From positions 85,852,564-85,893,776 of the forward strand of contig NC_068981.1 of the NCBI RefSeq assembly GCF_001194135.2: a stretch of DNA of 41,213 bases, given 5' to 3'. Below the pieces are notes generated by a model. It did not search any database and was not told the DNA's origin. It worked only from the letters and a program-made list of their open reading frames with translations. Position numbers and translations under genes: made by a program. Below, piece after piece: positions 34,985-41,213 of this stretch; the first letter of the stretch is position 1, and every line of letters starts with the position of its first letter. The stretch comes from Octopus bimaculoides (taxonomy: Eukaryota).

Positions 34985-36012
34985 TTACACTACATAAGAA
35001 AAATTGCATCTTGTAAATGGCGTCCATTGTCTGTTTTGCACAAATGTACCCTTTCTAAAGCATTTTCCATGATACCCCTTAATGTTTCAGGTTCCAGTTC
35101 TCTGATTTCAGCCTGGACATTATTCTTAGGCTCTTGATTTTTTTTTTCTTTGAGATGGCCCAATAGGAAGTAGTCAGGAGCCATCATTCCTGGAGAACAC
35201 AATGGCCAGCATATGTTGCAACCACAGGAAATTATTCTCTCAAAAATATGCTTGACCAGTTGGATTGTGTCCTTGCTGTGTGAACTATAGCCCTGTCCTA
35301 TTGTAACCATATGTTAGGTTTATCTCAACATGCTGGGAGTATGAAATTTTCTGTCATAAACCAATATTCATCTCCCGTAACAATGACAAGGTCCCCATTG
35401 TTGTCTTCGACAAAATAAGGTCTGATCACTTCTGATGTAACCCCACACCAAACCATACACATAAGGGGATGCAATTCCCTTTGGTGAATTGCCTTAGGAG
35501 TTTTTGAACCTGAAATCCTGTTTGTTAATGAAGCCAATCAAATGAAAATGTGCTTCATCTGACACTATCAGCTTGTGGATAAATTTGGGATCTTCTCTTG
35601 CTAATTCTTGGAATCTAACTGCATATTGTAGGTTCCACTTGTTGCACCAACAGAAAAAAGTTTAAGTTTTCAGAATATTTTATCTAAACTGATTTCGCAT
35701 TGATGTACTTGGGTCTTCTTCGGCACTTTCCTTTACATGCTTGACGGTGGCTTCATTCCTAATGGAGTGGGGTCTGCCAGTTCATGGAAGTCTGCTCTGA
35801 ACCCTGTCCCTCAAAATGACCAATTAAACGTTTAATCATTGATTCTCTTGGAGAGCAAAATTTCACAATTTGTGTTCACTGTTCAGTTGTGAACTTTTCT
35901 ATAGTTAATCTCTAAGGTCTAAAATAAAAGAAATTAATTTTCAAAGAAAAAAAAAAAAAGAGAGATAGGTTATTAAATATTGCAACCCTTTTGTGACTTT
36001 TGACCCACCCTG
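34985..36012 (-). mobile_element. Decayed Tc1/mariner transposon, DD41D(rosa)-like; one TIR retained
   Basis: TA|CAGGGTGGGTC end at 36012. Frameshifted IVSDEAHFHLIGFINKQ, MVWCGV..VIRPYFVE, WLQ*DRAIVHTAR and WPLCSPGMMAPDYFLLGHLK, with about 40-41 residues between the second and third Asp. Confidence 0.8.
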
Positions 36013-38280
36013 TATAATAATAATTCTTAAAATACGAAAGGCAGCTGGGTTTTCTATTTTACTTAGAAAATAATTTTTACATCTGTTTTTCCAAAGGTGG
36101 AAATTTTCTTAACCTACTGGAGTATTTTGATAACAATCATTCAATAGTGAAGTTATACATGTATATAGACACTTACACACATGCTGAGTTGAGTGATGTG
36201 CTTTATCTTCAGATAGAATGCAAGGTTTATTATTACTTGGTCTGGAAACATTGCTTTTACTTCTTGACCATTGTCTTCGAAGTATCCTTTGTTAATAATT
36301 AATTCTGCATCTTGTTTGTGGCTGTTAGGTTCTTGGATTCGGAATCCCGACCTAGTTTTGATCCCTACTTGACCTATTTTACTTATGTTTCAAATGCTTT
36401 TGAGAAATATGTTAACAATATACAATCCTATATACTCTATAGATTTAAGGAATTGATAATTAGTATTTAGTTGATAGATTATCAGAAAAGCCATCTGAAA
36501 GGCTAGTGTTTTGTGTCTTTGTCGTCAACATTATATTTTAGTGGCCAAGATATTCTCAAAAAACCCAGTTCATCTAGTTGCAAATAAGTACTTCAGAGTA
36601 GCTGGAGCAACTAACCACTCTACATAGTAGTGCTACAGTAAAATTGACAAGTGGTCTTTTAAGTAGGCAGTGCTGCGGGGGAAAATACGAAAGCACTTTT
36701 GTGTTACTTCTATAGAATCGATGCAAGAAAACCAGTAAAGACAACTAATTTGTTATCCTCCAGTAACTTACAAGAGGAGTTGCTGTTATACTAGTTACTT
36801 ATATAGTTAATTAGGTTGTGTAATAAGTTATCTGTAATGGCTACCATAATAGCATTATCATCCATTACTACGATACTGAATAGCCATCAAGGGAACATAA
36901 TATGCTAGAATTAATAACCAAATATCCTTCAGATTACATCCTACTGTCTTTTAAAAAAAAACAAATTAACACATCAAACTTAGGTACACAATCGGGTAGC
37001 TTTCTTTAACTATATGGCTACTTGACAGAGTTGACTTTAGGTTTTACAACAATTAGAGTACTGAATGAATACATGAAAGTCAATATGACAAGTTACAGAC
37101 AAAATAAAAGGAACAGAAACCCTGCAGTTATATTTGGTACAAAGATGTGGCGTGTCAAACCATGTTCTTGCTGAGACAACTGTTCCAGAAAGTTTGAGCT
37201 ATGTACGGACTATCCATACTTTCAACTACGAGAAGGACTTTCATAATCTCCTCCATTTGGTGTTATTGAAGAAGCTAGGTGTGGGTTAATTATTAACTAG
37301 TTCATTCCAGAGGTTATAAGCAAGGTCAGGATTGGCAGTAAATTCAGTGAACTGCTGTAAGTGGTAATTTTTCTGACATGATACTTTTATTATTATTTGT
37401 AGGTATATTCTGTACTGTGCAGAAAACATTTCAGTCTGTATTTTTAGATAGATATTTAAAAGATGCTCTACTAGGGGCATTTAAAAGTTAAAACAAGAAA
37501 AGTCAGTAATTTACTCTACTTCAACTGTTAATGTATCATATAATGTTTTTTTTTGTTTTTTTTTTACTTATCCTGTGAGAACTTTGTAGGAGTGGTCAAA
37601 TATTTATTAGTAATATAGGGAAATAAAACATTCTTTGAGGATTGGGATGGGGATCATTTACCATGGAAAGAAAAATTATATATTTTGAGAACTAGTTTTG
37701 TTTGAAAAGAAAATCAGGACATAAGACCCTCTTTATTATGTATAGATGTAAATAGAAATGAAAATGATAGCCTGTGAAGATATTGAAGTAATACTTATAT
37801 AATTGAACTTATTCTTGTATAATATTATATTAAGGCAAATATTGTGAAAACTGTTTTTGCATCATCAGCTTGATATTTGTTTTACAATGTTAGTGTATGT
37901 TAGATGTGATCTGAAGACTACTGCATTCCACATCTAGTACCTCTTAATGCTTGAAAAACCTGCCTGAGCTATGCTGGTTCTATTGATACTTTTAATAGTA
38001 GTTCCAACTACATTGCTTTGCACAAAATTTTTGCTAAGGTTTTTCACAACTGGATGTCCTCCATACTTTCAGCTGTTGTAACTTTACATTCAAGATGTGT
38101 TCATTGTAACATCAGTTGCAGAGAAGTTTCCCCCCCCCCCCATTTGGGACCTTCTGTATGTGCAAAGCAGTGAGATGGATCAGCTGTGTTTTATTGAGGA
38201 TATTGCAAAAAACTAAAAGGACAATTGGTGTTTTGTTTGCCTTAACCCTAAAGTTATATTTATGCCATAAATATATTTGA

Positions 38281-38626
38281 TAAAAACAGAAATAAATTTT
38301 TTTCTCAAATGCGTGATAATGCTATAAATAGCGTGATCAGAATAAATTATCCATTTATTGCAGAAAAATACGCTACTGGCCAGCCATGAGACTTGAACTC
38401 ACATCTCTGTGATTACACGTCAAGTGTTTTACCATTAAACTAAACTGTCCAGCAACGAATTCTTCTGCAATTTTAGAACTTATAAATTTAGCTTCATAAG
38501 ACGCTAACGTTAAATTCAAATGGCTGGCCAGTAGCGTATTTTTCTGCAATAAATGGATAATTTATCCTGATCATGCTATTTATAGCTTTATCATGCGTTT
38601 GAGAAATAAATTTATTTCTGTTCTTA
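38281..38626. mobile_element. 346-bp MITE with 107-bp TIRs and TA at both ends
   Basis: 38281-38387 versus reverse complement of 38520-38626: 7 mismatches in 107. Confidence 0.9.
38378..38449 (-). pseudogene. tRNA-like sequence (Thr-UGU-like) inside the MITE
   Basis: GACAGTT TA GTTT-AATGGTA-AAAC A CTTGA CG-TGT-AA TCACA GAGAT GTGAG-TTCAAGT-CTCAT GGCTGGC C. Perfect D stem, intact T stem and loop, acceptor stem 6/7, anticodon stem 3/5, G at the normally invariant U33. Confidence 0.6.
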
Positions 38627-39340
38627 CAATACATCTCAATGCTTCTAAAAAAGAACAAACTTTGTTTGTTTACTTTTATCGTAAAGTTGAATATATATTT
38701 GATAAGTTTTGAATCAACAGAAAACGTCTAACATTTGTACCTGTTAATTACCTTTTTATATGGACTCCTTCTGCTTTTTGTTTTCTCTTATCATTTTAAT
38801 AATAATTCAGCTGACTTGCTTTAATTATCCTAGGTTAGCTGAATTTTTTGGATGTCTTCCGTTACATCATTATTATTGCAGTGCAGTTCAATGAGTAAAG
38901 AAAGTTATTGAATTATATTCTGTTCCTTGTGTTGTACTTTGTTCTTGACAAAGGTACTGAGCTGTCAGAGATGCAACATAATTAGTAATGAATGGTTCAA
39001 AGAGTAGATAAGATACTTTGTATGCAGTTCAGATTGTTTTACATTCACTGCAAGAAATTATAAAAATTTGGTTTTAGTTAAGACTATCTATTAACATTTC
39101 GCTGTCATGTTTCTCTTATGGTATTGTTTGCAAGTTTGTTTTTGTATTACTTATTATCTGCTAAGTTAATTAATCTAAATGTGTTACGTCAGAGAATTTC
39201 CATAAAATCATGTGCAATTTACTATCCAGTTATTTGTATTGTTTTTAGCTTCCAGTAGCATTTAAATAGTACAAATAATGTTTACTTACCTCCCTTTCTA
39301 ATGGTATTAATTAGTTGTTTTTTCTCTCTCTCTCTTACAG

Positions 39341-39470
39341 CTCTGCATACGATGTAATCACAGGGAAAGATGTTGCTATAAAAAAACTGAGTCGTCCATT
39401 CCTAACTTCAATCCATGCCAAGAGAACGTATAGGGAAATTCGCATGTTACGTTACATGACACATGAAAAT
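39341..39470 (+). CDS. MAPK14: p38 MAP kinase (MAPK14-like), second coding exon
   Basis: 130 nt, (C)[47 protein letters not shown] flanked. Contains the VAIK lysine and alphaC glutamate and the p38-typical [16 protein letters not shown]. The gene continues beyond the window. Confidence 0.97.
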
Positions 39471-39547
39471 GTAAGCTATACTTTTTTTTTTTTGTAAATA
39501 TGAGAAGTGAAAGAAGGTAGCGAGCTGGCAGAACTGTTAGCATGATA

Positions 39548-39848
39548 TGTTGGCACTCTGTCGCTTACGATGTCGAGGGTTCCAGTCGATCCGATCAACG
39601 GAACAGCCTGTTTGTGAAATTAACGTGCAAGTGGCTGAGCACTCCACAGACACATGTACACATAACGTAGTTCTCGGGGATATTCACCGTGACACAGTGT
39701 GACAAGGCTGACCCTTTGAATTACAGGTACAACAGAAACAGGAAGTAAGAGTGAGAGAAGGTTGTGGTGAAAGAGTACAGCAGGGTTCACAACACTGGGA
39801 ATCGAAACCGCGAGTCCGCTGCCCTAACCACTGGGCCATTGCGTCTCC
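39548..39848 (-). mobile_element. tRNA-derived SINE (third family) nested in a family B SINE head that starts ~39514
   Basis: A-box tggcccagtgg and B-box ggtttcgattcc on the minus strand. 13-bp TSD tgttagcatgata (39535-39547) / tgttagcgtgata (39849-39861). Confidence 0.85.
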
Positions 39849-40434
39849 TGTTAGCGTGATAATATTGTAAAGAAAGAGTCTAGGACTATAGTAAAGAGTG
39901 TAAGGGACATAAGTAAATTGTTTTTATTAAACTGCAGGATACTCACTACTTTTTAACAGAGTGCATAGTTTTTATTTACAAGAGCAAGTCACTGCTAGAT
40001 GTAATGAGTAAAAGTAGATCTGATACTGTGGAGCTCACTGAACCTTTTTAGTCTCTTCCTTAAGTGAAGTCAGTCCTGATCTAGCAGGCCTATGATCAAA
40101 GGCACTCCAACTATGTCCATTCCATCTATTTGTACACCAGGAACTATATTGTTTAACATATCCTTTTATTTTGAAATAATAGGATATGATTTTTGAGGGA
40201 GATGTGGTTTTCTTCTGCAGGTCAAGTGACCACATAGAGACTCTTGTTGGCTCAAGCATCCTCATTTGTATCTCTACTTTAATTTTCTGTACATGGTTAT
40301 TATCTGCATGCAATCTTAATACCTGTTGTCAGAGTTGAGAAAGCAACTCTGAACAACAAAGTTGCCAGGTGAAGGAAAAGGTTGACAGTGAAATTGAATA
40401 TAGTATTTTCTCAGTTTTACTGTCTATCTTTTCC

Positions 40435-40610
40435 TTCATCATCCTTTAACGTCCATTTTCCACTCTTGCATGGGTTGGACAATATGACCAGAGCTGGCAA
40501 GCTGAGGAGTTGCACCTGACTCCAGTCTGATTTGGTTTGGTTTCTATGGTTGAGTGCCCTTCCAAATGCCAACCCCTTTGCACTGTGTGCTGAGTGCTTT
40601 TAAAGTGGCA
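40435..40610 (-). mobile_element. RTE-like tail fragment
   Basis: catcatcctttaacgtccattttccactcttgcatgggttggac...gagtgcccttccaaatgccaacc. Confidence 0.7.
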
Positions 40611-40877
40611 CTGGCTTGTTAAAAGTTAATAACTATGCACTCTGTTTAAAAGTATTGAGTAAAAGTTAAATGTTAAATTGTTTTTGACATAAAACGATCA
40701 TTTGTATATATATACTTCTTTCTTGGAACGGGATCTCAAAGCTATAAATGATAGCTTGTAAATTTTGGTTTGAAAATCACTTTTGGATAGAAAAAGTCAA
40801 AGATTGCTGTGCTTTGAGATCCAGTTCCAAAACAGAATTCCATGTTCTTCAAAAGTTTATAAATTCTTGACATGACA

Positions 40878-40880
<3 letters not shown>

Positions 40881-40948
<68 letters not shown>
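40881..40948. repeat. (TA)n(GA)n compound microsatellite
   Basis: Direct observation. Confidence 0.95.
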
Positions 40949-40951
<3 letters not shown>

Positions 40952-41213
40952 CTTGCATAGCAAGTGACCTGATTTGAGATCGTGTGCTGGAACAAAAACA
41001 ATTGCAACGTGGAAGGTGTTTATAAGCCATTTAGAATAACACACAAAAACCATTAGATTCACTTCAACATTTAATTTTAATTTGTCAAAATATTTTCGTT
41101 ACTTTGAGACCGCGACCTGTTCACTGACAAAATTCTGTGTTGCATCTGCACACATGCATATGCATCTACACAGATGCATATGCACACTCATGTACACATA
41201 CATATATACATAC

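Larger units (their letters stand above)
20185..39340 (+). other. p38 intron between the first two coding exons (19,156 nt including gaps)
   Basis: GT..AG ends (gtaagt ... tttctctctctctcttacag). The phase-2 junction TG|C restores Cys and keeps the frame. Confidence 0.9.

Noticed and set aside
37041-37290. Possible cryptic or alternative p38 exon after ttgactttag
   Set aside because: Stops in all frames and no kinase similarity. Exons 1 and 2 already join in frame with no missing residues.

Overview
AT-rich, repeat-dense animal genomic scaffold with 7 N-gaps (1673-1999, 4231-4397, 7388-7754, 12436-12812, 17713-17902, 20372-20896, 25898-26120). The SINE repertoire looks like an octopus/cephalopod genome (inference). 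The only host gene I can support is the 5' end of a p38 MAP kinase on the + strand: coding exons 20063-20184 and 39341-39470, separated by a 19,156-nt intron (includes gaps), with an unusual P-loop ([10 protein letters not shown]). The rest is transposon material: a decayed full-length Helitron (5165-10912, -) with an internal 153/154-bp tandem array and STPR-like 23-aa repeats; a long-TIR MITE carrying head-to-head TTAGGG/CCCTAA repeats; several RTE-type LINE relics (one with a PHD-like finger inside the RT and a fold-back duplication); a DD41D-like Tc1/mariner relic; hAT MITEs; many tRNA-derived SINEs; a hammerhead-like motif; and a 107-bp-TIR MITE enclosing a tRNA-like cassette. All calls come from manual reading; no database search was run.
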